Source: Candidatus Dormiibacterota bacterium
Lineage (GTDB): Bacteria; Chloroflexota; Dormibacteria; Dormibacterales; Dormibacteraceae
Assembly: GCA_035263645.1 (NCBI GenBank)
Contig: DATFRD010000350.1
Span: 1-54,468, forward strand
Length of the DNA: 54,468 nt
Direction of reading: 5' to 3'
Shown: piece by piece, positions 1 to 8,880 of the stretch
Layout: the number at the start of each line of letters is the position of its first letter
How positions within the stretch are numbered: position 1 is the stretch's first letter
Notes under the pieces: model-generated
The model's input: the letters and a program-made list of their open reading frames with translations, nothing else
The model's database searches: none
Told to the model about the DNA's origin: nothing
Translations under genes and position numbers: made by a program

Positions 1-1046
1 GGCGCCCCGGCGCGAGCCAGGCGCGGCGGGGCCGGGAGGTCGTGCTCGAGCAGCACCGGCCGGGGCTCGCCCAGGTCGACGGCACGGGTGCCCGGCACCA
101 GCTCGCACAGTCGCTGGAGGGACACTCCGTACCGACGCCACCCGGCCAGCTCGCCGCCGAGCCAGGTGCCGGCGGTGGCCACCGAGCCCGCGTAGGCGAC
201 GAAGAGGCTCAGGTCTCCGACCGACATGGCCCCGCTCCGCACGCGCCCGGCGGCGATCAGGAGGGTCACGCCGATCGCGATGCCGTAGGACTGGGACGAC
301 AGCGCGCTCACGGCCTGCGTCAGGAGCACGTCGCGAAGCACGGCCCGGCGCAGTGCCTCGCCGAGCTGCCGGAAACGGTCGCTCACGGCGCGCTCGGCAC
401 CGTGCGTTCGCACCGCCACCAGGGCCCCGAACACGCCGCCGATGAATCCGCTCAGGTCCGCGATCGACTGCTGCAGCGCCTGGCGATAGCGGCGGACGCG
501 GTGTGAGGCCCAGCTCACGCCGACCACGATGATCACGAGGGGGGCCATCACCAGCGCGGCCACCCCTCCGGCGACCGCCAGGAGGATGGCCACCGCCGCC
601 AGGACGACGACCAGCTGGGCCAGGCCCTCGAGGACCACGATCTGACCGCCGACGGCGTCGGCGTCCGAGTCGAAGCGGGCGATCGCCTGCGCCGGCGGAC
701 AATCGAGCGCTGCCGCACCCGGCCGGCGCAGTATCCGGGCCAGCAGGTTGGCTCGCGTGAGCGCTGCGTAGGTCAGGTGCGCTCGCTGGTGGCTGTACCA
801 CCCCGCTGCCCGCTTCGCGAGACCGGATGCCTGGATTGCCGCCAGGAGGGCGAGCAGCGACCAGGTATCGAGACCCGCGCGCCCGTGGTGGGTGACACTG
901 TCCAGGATCGCCCGGATCACCAGGCCCGGGATGAGAAAGAGCGCGTACGACCAGACCACGTCCGAGGCAACGTAGGCCACCACGAGCCGGGGCCGGAACG
1001 CGGCGAAGCGGGCGATCAGGCGGACGGTGGCTGGTACCCGGCTCAA
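1..1046 (-). CDS. ABC exporter, fused permease/ATP-binding protein (N-terminal membrane domain only; gene runs off the left edge)
   Basis: Minus-strand frame is open from TTG at 1046-1044 (TTGA overlap with stop of the upstream ABC gene) to position 1. My own translation gives a type-I exporter membrane domain (LVVAYVASDVVWSYALFLIPGLVIRAILD ... VGDLSLFVAYAGSVATAG ... SLQRLCELV). Not in the ORF track because no stop lies in the window. Confidence 0.7.
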   Translation of the reverse strand, partial: MSRVPATVRLIARFAAFRPRLVVAYVASDVVWSYALFLIPGLVIRAILDSVTHHGRAGLDTWSLLALLAAIQASGLAKRAAGWYSHQRAHLTYAALTRANLLARILRRPGAAALDCPPAQAIARFDSDADAVGGQIVVLEGLAQLVVVLAAVAILLAVAGGVAALVMAPLVIIVVGVSWASHRVRRYRQALQQSIADLSGFIGGVFGALVAVRTHGAERAVSDRFRQLGEALRRAVLRDVLLTQAVSALSSQSYGIAIGVTLLIAAGRVRSGAMSVGDLSLFVAYAGSVATAGTWLGGELAGWRRYGVSLQRLCELVPGTRAVDLGEPRPVLLEHDLPAPPRLARAGA

Positions 1047-2782
1047 TCGAGGAGCCCGGCCAGCCCGGCGCGTCGGAGCTGGGAGTAGCGGGATCGCGGA
1101 TCGGCGAGCAGCCCGCCGCGAGACCCGAACTCGGCGACGGCCCCGTCCTCCAGCACCAGCAGGTGGGTGGCCCGCTCCAGGGTCTCGACGCGATGGGCGA
1201 TGATGACGGCCGTCCGGCGCTCGAGCAGCCGGTCCATCGCGGTCTCCAGGCGGCTCTCCGTGACGGGGTCGAGACGGGCCGACGGCTCGTCCAGGATCAC
1301 GAGCCCCGGCTCGCGCACGAAGACCCTGGCCAGGGCCACCAGCTGCTCCTCGCCGGCCGACATTCCCAGGGCCGTCCCCAGGCGGCTGTCCAGACCATCC
1401 GGCCGGGCAGCGAGCCAGCCGTCGAGCCCGAGAGCGTGGAGCGCGGCCCGGAGCGCGGTCTCGCTGGCCCGCCCCCCTCCGTCGGCGAACAGCGTGAGGT
1501 TGTCGCGCAGGCTTCCGTCGACGATCTGCACGTCCTGCGACACGTAGGCGACGCGCTGTCGCAGCTGGTCGAGGGCGACGTCGGCCACGGCGACCCCTCC
1601 CAGCCGAACCGAACCGCGCTGGGGATCGTAGAGGCGGGCGAGGAGGCGTGCCAGCGTGGTCTTCCCGCTGCCCGTGCGGCCGAGCACGCCGAGGACCGAC
1701 CCCGCTGGCAGCATGAAGTCGATGCTGGCGAGCGCCGCCTGGCCGTCGGCGTAGGCGAAGCCGACGCCCTCGAACTCCACCTCGAGGGCGCCCTCCGGCA
1801 GCAGCCGGGGATGCGGAGCGTCACGGACCGCGGGCTCCATCGAGAGCAGCTCCCCGATGCGGGCCACGGCGGCCCCGGCCGGCTGGAGGTCCTGGACCTG
1901 GCGTCCGAGGGCCTGCAGGGGAGCAAGGCACAGGCGCCCGCAGGCCGCCACCATGAACACGTCGCCGACGGTCAGTCGTCCGTGAGCGTGAAGCAGGATG
2001 GCCGCCGCCAGGGCAGCCGTCGTGCCGAGCTCGAATGCCGTCTCGCCCGCCCCGCCGGCGCTGTCCAGCAGGACCGCCCGCAGCGTTCCGCGGAGGACGT
2101 CCCGGCTGCTCTGCTGCAGTCGGCGCTCGGCGTAGACGCCGGCCCCGGCGCCGGCGATGTCCTCCGTCGCGCCCAGGAGCTCCTCCAGCGCGCCGTACAT
2201 CTCGGCTGCGACCGCACGCACCTGCACCCAGGCCCGGGTCACCAGGCCCGCGGTGCGGACGCGGATCATGGCCGCCAGGACCAGGAAGGCGATCGCGACC
2301 AGGCCGACGCGCCAGTCGAGGACGAGCAGCAGGGCCACCGCGCCGAGCACGATCAGGCCGTTGCTGACCAGGGCGACGGCCATGCGTGAGAGGACGTTGT
2401 CGAGGAGGGCCGGGTCCTGGCCGATCCGCTGCACGAGTGCGCCGGGGGACGTGACCTGGTGGAAGGCCAGATCCAGCCGAAGACAGCGGTCGAACAGGTC
2501 CTGACGGAGCCGGTTGGTCGAGCGCATGGCGAGGTCGGTGGCGACATAGCCCTCGGCAACTGCAGCCAGCTGCTGCAGGCCGGCGCAGACGCAGTACGCG
2601 ATAGCGAGGGCCAGCAGGCCAGCCAGCGGGGCCATGCGACCCGCGCCGTCAACGAAGGTCCGGAGGATCAGCGGTCCGGCGAGCTGGAGGAGGCTGCCGG
2701 CAACCAGCAGAACGCCGAGGACAAGGAGCCGCCCGCGATGCAGGCGCAGGTACGCAAGGGCGAACGACGAGGTCGTGATCAA
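1043..2782 (-). CDS. ABC exporter, fused permease/ATP-binding protein
   Basis: 579-aa ORF. N-terminal multi-helix exporter domain, then NBD with Walker A GRTGSGKTT, signature-like MSAGEEQ and Walker B LVILDEPS. TTG start preceded by GGAGA. Confidence 0.9.
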   Translation of the reverse strand: MITTSSFALAYLRLHRGRLLVLGVLLVAGSLLQLAGPLILRTFVDGAGRMAPLAGLLALAIAYCVCAGLQQLAAVAEGYVATDLAMRSTNRLRQDLFDRCLRLDLAFHQVTSPGALVQRIGQDPALLDNVLSRMAVALVSNGLIVLGAVALLLVLDWRVGLVAIAFLVLAAMIRVRTAGLVTRAWVQVRAVAAEMYGALEELLGATEDIAGAGAGVYAERRLQQSSRDVLRGTLRAVLLDSAGGAGETAFELGTTAALAAAILLHAHGRLTVGDVFMVAACGRLCLAPLQALGRQVQDLQPAGAAVARIGELLSMEPAVRDAPHPRLLPEGALEVEFEGVGFAYADGQAALASIDFMLPAGSVLGVLGRTGSGKTTLARLLARLYDPQRGSVRLGGVAVADVALDQLRQRVAYVSQDVQIVDGSLRDNLTLFADGGGRASETALRAALHALGLDGWLAARPDGLDSRLGTALGMSAGEEQLVALARVFVREPGLVILDEPSARLDPVTESRLETAMDRLLERRTAVIIAHRVETLERATHLLVLEDGAVAEFGSRGGLLADPRSRYSQLRRAGLAGLLD

Positions 2783-3033
2783 GGGAGATGTCTCCAGCTG
2801 GTCGGTGGCCGGCCGGAGTCAGCGGAGGCGCTCGGCTAGTGCTGGTTCTTGTCTGCCGAGGCGCGCAGGGAGACGCCGGCCCGGGAACACAGGCGCACGG
2901 GGGCACTTGTCAACGCCGACACCTCCTTGGAGATTTGTGCCTGGAGGATAGCAGACAACGAGCCGCACAGCGGGCTGGGCCGGGCCTGGACCTATCATCA
3001 GGCGCCTGGACTGCATCCAGGGTCCCGACCGCC

Positions 3034-3540
3034 ATGACATCGAGGATGTTGACCGTGAGCAGCAAGAGCGAAACCGCACTGCCCAGCAGAGAGGCACACG
3101 AGGAAGCGCTGACCCTCGCCCGAGAGGCGCCGACGCAGCATGTGCCCCGACACGTCCACAGGGCGCAGGTCGTGGCCAAGGTGCACGGCACCGGCCCGAT
3201 AGGACGCGCAAATGCGTGGCTGGCGGTGCTGGTCACCAGGACCGTCGGGACGATGTACTGTGCCTACGTCTTCGCCGTCATCGCGTTCGTGGCGCTGCCG
3301 TCGGCCATCGCGCAGGGATCGCCGACGGTCCTGGTCAACTGGGTATCTTCGAACTTCCTGCAGCTGATACTGCTGCCCATCATCATCGTGGGCCAGAACG
3401 TGATATCAGCGGCCCAGGACGCCAGGGCAGAGGCCGATCACGAGACGCTCACTGCGCTGCACCGGATGAACGTGCAGCAGCTGGAGATCCTCAAGGGCCA
3501 GGAGAAGATCCTGGAGCTTCTCAGGAGCAGGGCCGGCTGA
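3034..3540 (+). CDS. small membrane protein, DUF1003-like (tentative)
   Basis: 3' part of ORF 2788..3540. Two hydrophobic helices (MYCAYVFAVIAFVALPSAI; FLQLILLPIIIVGQNV) followed by a charged helical tail (AQDARAEADHETLTALHRMNVQQLEILKGQEKILELL). Start at ATG 3034 is a guess; the first ~80 codons of the ORF look non-coding. Confidence 0.5.
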   Translation: MTSRMLTVSSKSETALPSREAHEEALTLAREAPTQHVPRHVHRAQVVAKVHGTGPIGRANAWLAVLVTRTVGTMYCAYVFAVIAFVALPSAIAQGSPTVLVNWVSSNFLQLILLPIIIVGQNVISAAQDARAEADHETLTALHRMNVQQLEILKGQEKILELLRSRAG

Positions 3541-3616
3541 CGGCCCGGCACGACAGGAGGGGTCGGGATCATCTCGCGCTGAAACGAGGGGTCTGCTGGG
3601 CCGTCCCCGCGGGAGA

Positions 3617-4330
3617 TCAGCCCGACGGCGCCGCCGGGCCGCTCCCCCGCGGCAGGCTGTCCAGCGGGGCCGGGTCGAGGCCGATCGCCTTCGCCCAGAT
3701 CCGGGATGCCGTCATCACGGCCCGGTCCACGTCCACCGGCATCTCGGACAGCACGAACGACGCGTAGCAGACGCGCAGGACCATCGCGGCCAGGCACGAG
3801 GCGGTGAACTCCGCGTCCATGGTGGCGTCGGCCAGCCCGGCCTGCTGGAGCCGCTCGATGCGGCGCACGGCCCGGCCGACCGCGACGTCCCAGCTCCGGC
3901 GCCGAAGCTCCTGGATGTACGCGTCGAACGGCGTCGTCTGCTCGATGGTGCGCATCATCCCTGACTGTCGCTGGTACTCGAGCATGAACGCGCGGTTTGC
4001 CCAGTAGATGTCGCGCACGGGGTCGAACGTCTCGCCCGGCTCGCCGTGCACGGTCTCGACGGAGGCGTCCAGGACCCTCGCGGCAGCCTCGTGGAAGATG
4101 TCGAGCTTGGACTCGAAATACGTGTAGAAGCTGCCGTTCGCGACGCCCGCGGCAGCCGTCATGTCGGTGATCCTGGCGTCGAAGAACCCGTCACGGGCGA
4201 ACACCTCGAGCGCCGCCTGGACGAGCGCCTCGCGCGTCCGCTGTCCGCGGGGCGTGCGGGACGCCGCCTTCCGGGTGACCGCCGGCTCGGCGACCCCGCC
4301 GGCGGCGTTCGGTGCTGGCACGACCGACAT
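3617..4330 (-). CDS. TetR/AcrR family transcriptional regulator
   Basis: N-terminal HTH REALVQAALEVFARDGFFDARITDMTAAAGVANGSFYTYFESK. Start moved to ATG 4330 (M64 of ORF 3617..4519) because the upstream part crosses the AT-richer divergent spacer. Confidence 0.85.
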   Translation of the reverse strand: MSVVPAPNAAGGVAEPAVTRKAASRTPRGQRTREALVQAALEVFARDGFFDARITDMTAAAGVANGSFYTYFESKLDIFHEAAARVLDASVETVHGEPGETFDPVRDIYWANRAFMLEYQRQSGMMRTIEQTTPFDAYIQELRRRSWDVAVGRAVRRIERLQQAGLADATMDAEFTASCLAAMVLRVCYASFVLSEMPVDVDRAVMTASRIWAKAIGLDPAPLDSLPRGSGPAAPSG

Positions 4331-4442
4331 GAGCCTCGGGCCAACCTTAATCGAATATGAACTCGGCGTCAATTTCAGCTCTGGCGCCGGCCCCGCAGCC
4401 TGAGCGAAGATTCTGCCAGGCCGAGGGAGGGCCTCCCGTACC

Positions 4443-5018
4443 ATGAGCACCACCGGGCTGACCGTGAAGACCATCCGCATCGAGCCGGTGACGCGCGCGT
4501 CGTTCGCGCCGTTCGGCACGCTGCTGTCACCGGACGGGGTCGAGAGGCTGCCGCGCCATGTCTACGAGGGCAAGATCGAGTCCTACCGGCCCGGCTCCTT
4601 CGAGTCCGACCGCCCCGTGGAGTGGGTCGTGTCGCGACTCGGCGTGCGCAGCTACACCGTCGTCTACATGGAGCGTCATTTCCTGCTCACGCAGACCTTC
4701 ATCCCGCTCGGCGGCAACCCGATCGTCATGGTGGTCGCGCGGCCGGACGCGCGGCTCGAGAACGACATTCCCGCGATAGACGAGATCCACGCCTTCCTGG
4801 TGCCGGGCGACTCGGCGGTGAACATCCACCGGGGCACCTGGCACGAGCCGCCGTACCCGCTCGTCGAGGGCAGCATCGTGCTGATGACCTCCCACCAGGT
4901 CCTGCTCGCGGGCCTGGCGTCGGGGCTGGACGAGAACCAGGAGCTCCAGAAGCCGGATATCGACAAGCGCAACGTCGCGGAGCGCGCCGGCCTGCTGATC
5001 AGGCTGGAGCTGAGCTGA
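4443..5018 (+). CDS. ureidoglycolate lyase (AllA)-like cupin protein
   Basis: 191 aa. AllA-family pattern FAPFGTLL, ERHFLLTQTFIPL, NIHRGTWHEPPYPL. Divergent from the TetR gene. Confidence 0.7.
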   Translation: MSTTGLTVKTIRIEPVTRASFAPFGTLLSPDGVERLPRHVYEGKIESYRPGSFESDRPVEWVVSRLGVRSYTVVYMERHFLLTQTFIPLGGNPIVMVVARPDARLENDIPAIDEIHAFLVPGDSAVNIHRGTWHEPPYPLVEGSIVLMTSHQVLLAGLASGLDENQELQKPDIDKRNVAERAGLLIRLELS

Positions 5019-5895
5019 CGTCGAGCATCAGCGCCGGGGGCACGTCGCTGGCCCCGCCGCCTGCCGCACGTTCGAGGGCCCGCTTCACGATCACCGGCGT
5101 CACCCGCCTGCGGTAGGCCGCCGACGCGTGCACGTCGGACACCGGCTCGCGCTCGGTCGCCGCCAGCCGGCCGGCCTCGGCGACGAGGTCCGCGGTCAGC
5201 GCGCGCCCCTCGAGCGCCTCCTCGGCGGCTGGGGCGCGGAAGGGGACCGCGGCCACCCCGCCCACCGCGATGCGGACGTCCCGGCACACCCCGCCATCCC
5301 ATCGAAAGGCGACCGCCACTCCGACGATCGCCATGTCGATCAGCCTGAAGTTGAACTTCACGTACGCGCTCGTGGCGCCGGCCGCCGGCTTCGGCACGTG
5401 GATCCCCACCAGGAGCTCCGCCGGCTCCAGCACCGTCTCGAAGTAGCCGCGGAAGAACCCGGCCAGCGGGATCGTCCGCTCGCCCGCCCCGGAACGCACG
5501 ACGGCCTCGGCGTCGAGGGCCAGGAGGGCCGCCGGCACGTCCGCTCCCGGCGCGTTGTGGCAGAGGCTGCCGCCGGGGGTGCCGACGTTCTGGACGGGGA
5601 TCGGACCCACCTGCCGGCAGGCGTCGCCGACGGCCGGCAGCAGCCGGCCAGCCCGCCCGGCCACCTCCCGGTAGGTCGCCATGCAGCCCACCCGGAGCGA
5701 GCCGTCGGGCAGGACCTGGATGCGGCCCAGCTCGGGGATCCGCTGCAGGCTGACGAGGCGAGAGGGCGCGACCAGCCCCTGGCGGAGGAGGACCATCAGC
5801 GACTGGCCGCCGGCGAGCACCTTCGAGCCCTCGTCCTCGGCGAGCAGCGCGACCGCCTCCTCGACGGTGTCCGGTTCCACGTAGGCCAGCGTCAC
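4999..5895 (-). CDS. molybdenum hydroxylase FAD-binding medium subunit (CoxM/XdhB-like)
   Basis: 298 aa. FAD-binding PCMH-type N-terminus (EEAVALLAEDEGSKVLAGGQSLMVLLRQG). GTGA overlap with the large-subunit stop. Confidence 0.9.
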   Translation of the reverse strand: MTLAYVEPDTVEEAVALLAEDEGSKVLAGGQSLMVLLRQGLVAPSRLVSLQRIPELGRIQVLPDGSLRVGCMATYREVAGRAGRLLPAVGDACRQVGPIPVQNVGTPGGSLCHNAPGADVPAALLALDAEAVVRSGAGERTIPLAGFFRGYFETVLEPAELLVGIHVPKPAAGATSAYVKFNFRLIDMAIVGVAVAFRWDGGVCRDVRIAVGGVAAVPFRAPAAEEALEGRALTADLVAEAGRLAATEREPVSDVHASAAYRRRVTPVIVKRALERAAGGGASDVPPALMLDVSSAPA

Positions 5896-8171
5896 TGCTC
5901 GTCCAGCCCCAGCAGGACCCGCTCGGCCGTGATCGGCAGGTCGCGCACCTGGACGCCGGTGGCGTCCGCGACCGCGTTCCCGATCGCCGCCGCGACCGGG
6001 ATGATCGGCAGCTCGCCGAAGCCGTGCGAGCCGAAGGGCCCGTGGCCCGACCCCGTCTCGAGCAGGACCGGCACGACCTCAGGCGGCGCTTCCAGCGCTG
6101 TCGGCATGACGTAGTCCATGAACGTCGGGTTGACGAGCTGGGCACCGTCGAACACCTGCTGCTCGTAGATCGCCGCGCCGATCCCCATGACCACCGAGCC
6201 CTCGGTCTGGGTCTCCACGTTGAGGCGGTTGAGGACGCGGCCGATGTCGTGGGCGGCGACCACCCTGCGGACGTCGACGACCCCGGTCTCCCGGTCCACG
6301 CCGACCTCGACCGCGCAGGCGCCGAACTTCCAGTCGGCGAACTGCCACGTGGTCGGCGCACCCGGCGTCTGCTCCGTGCGGACCTCGCCGCGGAACGCCC
6401 CCGGCGCCGAGAGGTCGCCGCCACCGGCCAGCAGCTGGGCCACGCTCACGCCCGACCCCGGCGGGCTGCCGGCGGCGGCCACCCGGCCGTCCCGCAGCGC
6501 GAGCTGCGCGGCGGGGATGCCGAGCTCACGCTCGGCCATATCCAGGAGCTGGTCGCGGACGCGGGTGGCCGCCTCCAGCGTGGCGTTGCCCGCGTACACG
6601 GCGGAGCGGCTCGCGCTCGCGCCGCTGTCCTCGAGCCCGTACTCGCTGTCGGCCATGTGGACGGCGACCCGCTCCACAGGGACGGCGAGCACCTCGGCGG
6701 CGACCTGGGCCAGCACGACCTGGACGCCGGTGCCGATGTCGACGGCGCCGGTGTAGACGTCGACCCTCGCATCCTCGTGCAGCACCACCTCGGCCTCGGA
6801 GAAGAACCCCGGCAGCGTGAACTTCCACATCGCGGCGATGCCGCGGCCCCGGCCGGCCGGCACCGGGGAAGTGCCCCAGCCGAGCTCCGCGGCGGCCGCC
6901 CGGACGCATTCCTCGAGATGCACCTCGCGGTTGACCTCGCCCCACGGCATCACGTCGCCCGCCCGCAGCAGGTGGCGGAGGCGGAAGTCGAGCGGGTCGG
7001 CCCCGAGGGCGCGAGCCACTGAGTCGACGTGCCGTTCAGCCGCCCAGTTGCCCTGGGTGGCGGCGAGGCCCCGGTAGGGCCGCGCAGCGGGCAGGTTCGT
7101 GTAGACGAGCCGGGAGCGGACGGAGACGTGCTTCGCCGGATAGGGGCCCAGAGCGACCAGGGCCGCGTTGGCGCACGCGACGGGGCTGGTCATGGCGTAG
7201 GCGCCCGCGTTCCAGACGATGTCCACCTCGCGCGCGACCATCCGGCCCTCGGCGTCGACGCCGGTGCGGAAGTGGAAGCGACCGGGCAGCCACCCGCCGA
7301 TCGTCTGGAAGGTCTCGATGCGCGTGAGGACGATCCGGACCGGCGCGCCGGCCGCGCGGCTGAGGGCGACGCAGTAGGGCTCGAGGATCATGCCGATCCT
7401 GGCTCCGAAGCCACCGCCGGGCTTGAGCCCGATGACGCGGATCTGCTCGCGCGGGACGTCGAAGTACCTGGCCAGCGTGGCGTGGACCCGACGCGGGGAC
7501 TGGGACCCGGTCCAGACCGTGATCCCGCCGTCGGCGTCGACCTCGGCCGCCGCCGCGTGCGGCTCCATGGCCGCGTGCGCCACCATCGGGACTGTGTAGG
7601 TCTCCTCGAACACGCGGACCGCACGGCGCATCGCCTGCTCGACGTCGCCGGCGTTCAGGGTCAGCTCGAAGAGCAGGTTGGTGCCGGGCTCGGGGGGCCG
7701 CAGCGGAATCGGGCTCTCCCTCGTCATCGGCACGGCGTCGTAGGTCGACGCCTCTTCGTGGACCAGGGCCGCGTCGGGCGCCAGCGCCCGGTCGGCGTCG
7801 GCCAGGGCGGGCAGCTCGTCGTACTCGACGCCGACCAGCCGCGCCGCCTGCTCGGCCGTCGGCTCGTCCACGGCGGCGATCGCCACCACCGGCTCGCCGT
7901 AGTAGCGAACCTTGTCCACGGGCAGGAAGGGCTGGTCGCTGATGAGCTGCCCGTAGCGGCTCTCCGGCATGTCGCGACCGGTGATCACCGCCCTGACGCC
8001 CGGCAGCCTCTCCGCCTCCGACGTGTCGATGGACACGATGCGCGCGTGCGCGACGGTGCTCCCGACCAGCTTCCCGACCAGCAGGCCGGGGATGTCGAGG
8101 TCCGCGACGTAGCGCATTCCCCCGGTGACCTTGTCGACCGCGTCGAGCTTCGGGACGCGGCCGCCGATCAC
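5892..8171 (-). CDS. molybdopterin-binding large subunit, xanthine dehydrogenase/aldehyde oxidase/CoxL family
   Basis: ORF 5892..8189. N-terminus VIGGRVPKLDAVDKVTGGMRYVADL is typical of the family. I prefer GTG 8171 (GGAGG 9 nt upstream) over GTG 8189. Loop PYRGLAATQ is not a CO-dehydrogenase signature. Confidence 0.9.
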   Translation of the reverse strand: MIGGRVPKLDAVDKVTGGMRYVADLDIPGLLVGKLVGSTVAHARIVSIDTSEAERLPGVRAVITGRDMPESRYGQLISDQPFLPVDKVRYYGEPVVAIAAVDEPTAEQAARLVGVEYDELPALADADRALAPDAALVHEEASTYDAVPMTRESPIPLRPPEPGTNLLFELTLNAGDVEQAMRRAVRVFEETYTVPMVAHAAMEPHAAAAEVDADGGITVWTGSQSPRRVHATLARYFDVPREQIRVIGLKPGGGFGARIGMILEPYCVALSRAAGAPVRIVLTRIETFQTIGGWLPGRFHFRTGVDAEGRMVAREVDIVWNAGAYAMTSPVACANAALVALGPYPAKHVSVRSRLVYTNLPAARPYRGLAATQGNWAAERHVDSVARALGADPLDFRLRHLLRAGDVMPWGEVNREVHLEECVRAAAAELGWGTSPVPAGRGRGIAAMWKFTLPGFFSEAEVVLHEDARVDVYTGAVDIGTGVQVVLAQVAAEVLAVPVERVAVHMADSEYGLEDSGASASRSAVYAGNATLEAATRVRDQLLDMAERELGIPAAQLALRDGRVAAAGSPPGSGVSVAQLLAGGGDLSAPGAFRGEVRTEQTPGAPTTWQFADWKFGACAVEVGVDRETGVVDVRRVVAAHDIGRVLNRLNVETQTEGSVVMGIGAAIYEQQVFDGAQLVNPTFMDYVMPTALEAPPEVVPVLLETGSGHGPFGSHGFGELPIIPVAAAIGNAVADATGVQVRDLPITAERVLLGLDEQ

Positions 8172-8177
8172 TGGACT

Positions 8178-8243
8178 GCCCCTCCCCACTAGGGCTGCGG
8201 CACCCCTAGCGGGGGAGGTGGCCCGCCAGGGCCGGTGGGGGGG
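8178..8243 (+). repeat. G/C-rich REP/MITE-like element, copy 1 (GCCCCTCCCC flank, CTAGGG/CCCTAG insert, 35-bp core at 8209..8243)
   Basis: Core GCGGGGGAGGTGGCCCGCCAGGGCCGGTGGGGGGG is identical to 14905..14939 and 49161..49195. Confidence 0.85.
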
Positions 8244-8730
8244 ATGGAGGGGTCGAGGCCGCGACGTCGAGCACGGACTGGACCATCTTCCGGTAGCCGG
8301 TGCAGCGGCAGAGGTTGCTCGCGAGCACCCGGCGCACCTCGTCCTCGCCCGGGTGCGGGTTCTCGGCGAGGAGGCCGCTGCCCAGCATCAGCATCCCGGG
8401 CACGCAGAAGCCGCATTCCATGGCCCCGTTGTCGACGAAAGCCTGCTGAAGCGGGTGCAGGCGCTGCCCGGCCTGGAGGCCTTCGATCGTCGTGATCCGG
8501 TGGCCGCGGGCCCGCAGGGCGAGCTGCAGGCAGGACCGGGCCGCCCGGCCATCGATGTGCACGGTGCAGGCGCCGCAGTAGCCGGTCTCACATCCCCGGT
8601 GCGCGCCGGTCAGCCGCAGCTGGCCACGCAGCACGTCGAGCAGGAGCGCCTGCGGCTCCGCGTCGACCTCGACGTCGCGCCCGTTGACGTTGAGCACGAG
8701 GCTGCTCCGGGCCGTCCAGCTCCGCACCAT
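8206..8730 (-). CDS. (2Fe-2S)-binding small subunit (CoxS/XdhC-type ferredoxin subunit)
   Basis: Cys motifs CETGYCGACTV, CGFCVPGM and CRCTGY. Start ATG 8730; the upstream 270 codons of ORF 8206..9546 are shadow. Last ~15 codons and the stop lie inside the 35-bp repeat. Confidence 0.9.
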   Translation of the reverse strand: MVRSWTARSSLVLNVNGRDVEVDAEPQALLLDVLRGQLRLTGAHRGCETGYCGACTVHIDGRAARSCLQLALRARGHRITTIEGLQAGQRLHPLQQAFVDNGAMECGFCVPGMLMLGSGLLAENPHPGEDEVRRVLASNLCRCTGYRKMVQSVLDVAASTPPSPPPALAGHLPR

Positions 8731-8802
8731 GGGATGGTAGCAGTGCCCGATTTTCGGTCTCGGGCAGAACGGGCACCCGGGTCCGGCCCGATTCGGCCGC
8801 CG

Positions 8803-8820
8803 CTCATCCTCGAGGATGAG
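8803..8820. promoter_or_regulatory. perfect 18-bp palindrome CTCATCCTCGAGGATGAG in divergent promoter region
   Basis: Read directly. Lies in the 150-bp spacer between the small-subunit start (8730) and the ABC ATPase start (8881). Confidence 0.4.
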
Positions 8821-8880
8821 GCGCAAGATCGCCCGCCCTGCCGACGACACGGCGCCAGGGCGGGTCATACCGTGACGGCC

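Noticed and set aside
4676-8192. ORFs 4676..6424 (-), 5128..6114 (+), 6024..7022 (+) and 7029..8192 (+), each 328-582 aa
   Set aside because: They are alternative-frame or antisense ORFs across the molybdenum hydroxylase genes. They are Arg/Pro-rich and low-complexity, while the S/L/M frames carry clear family motifs.
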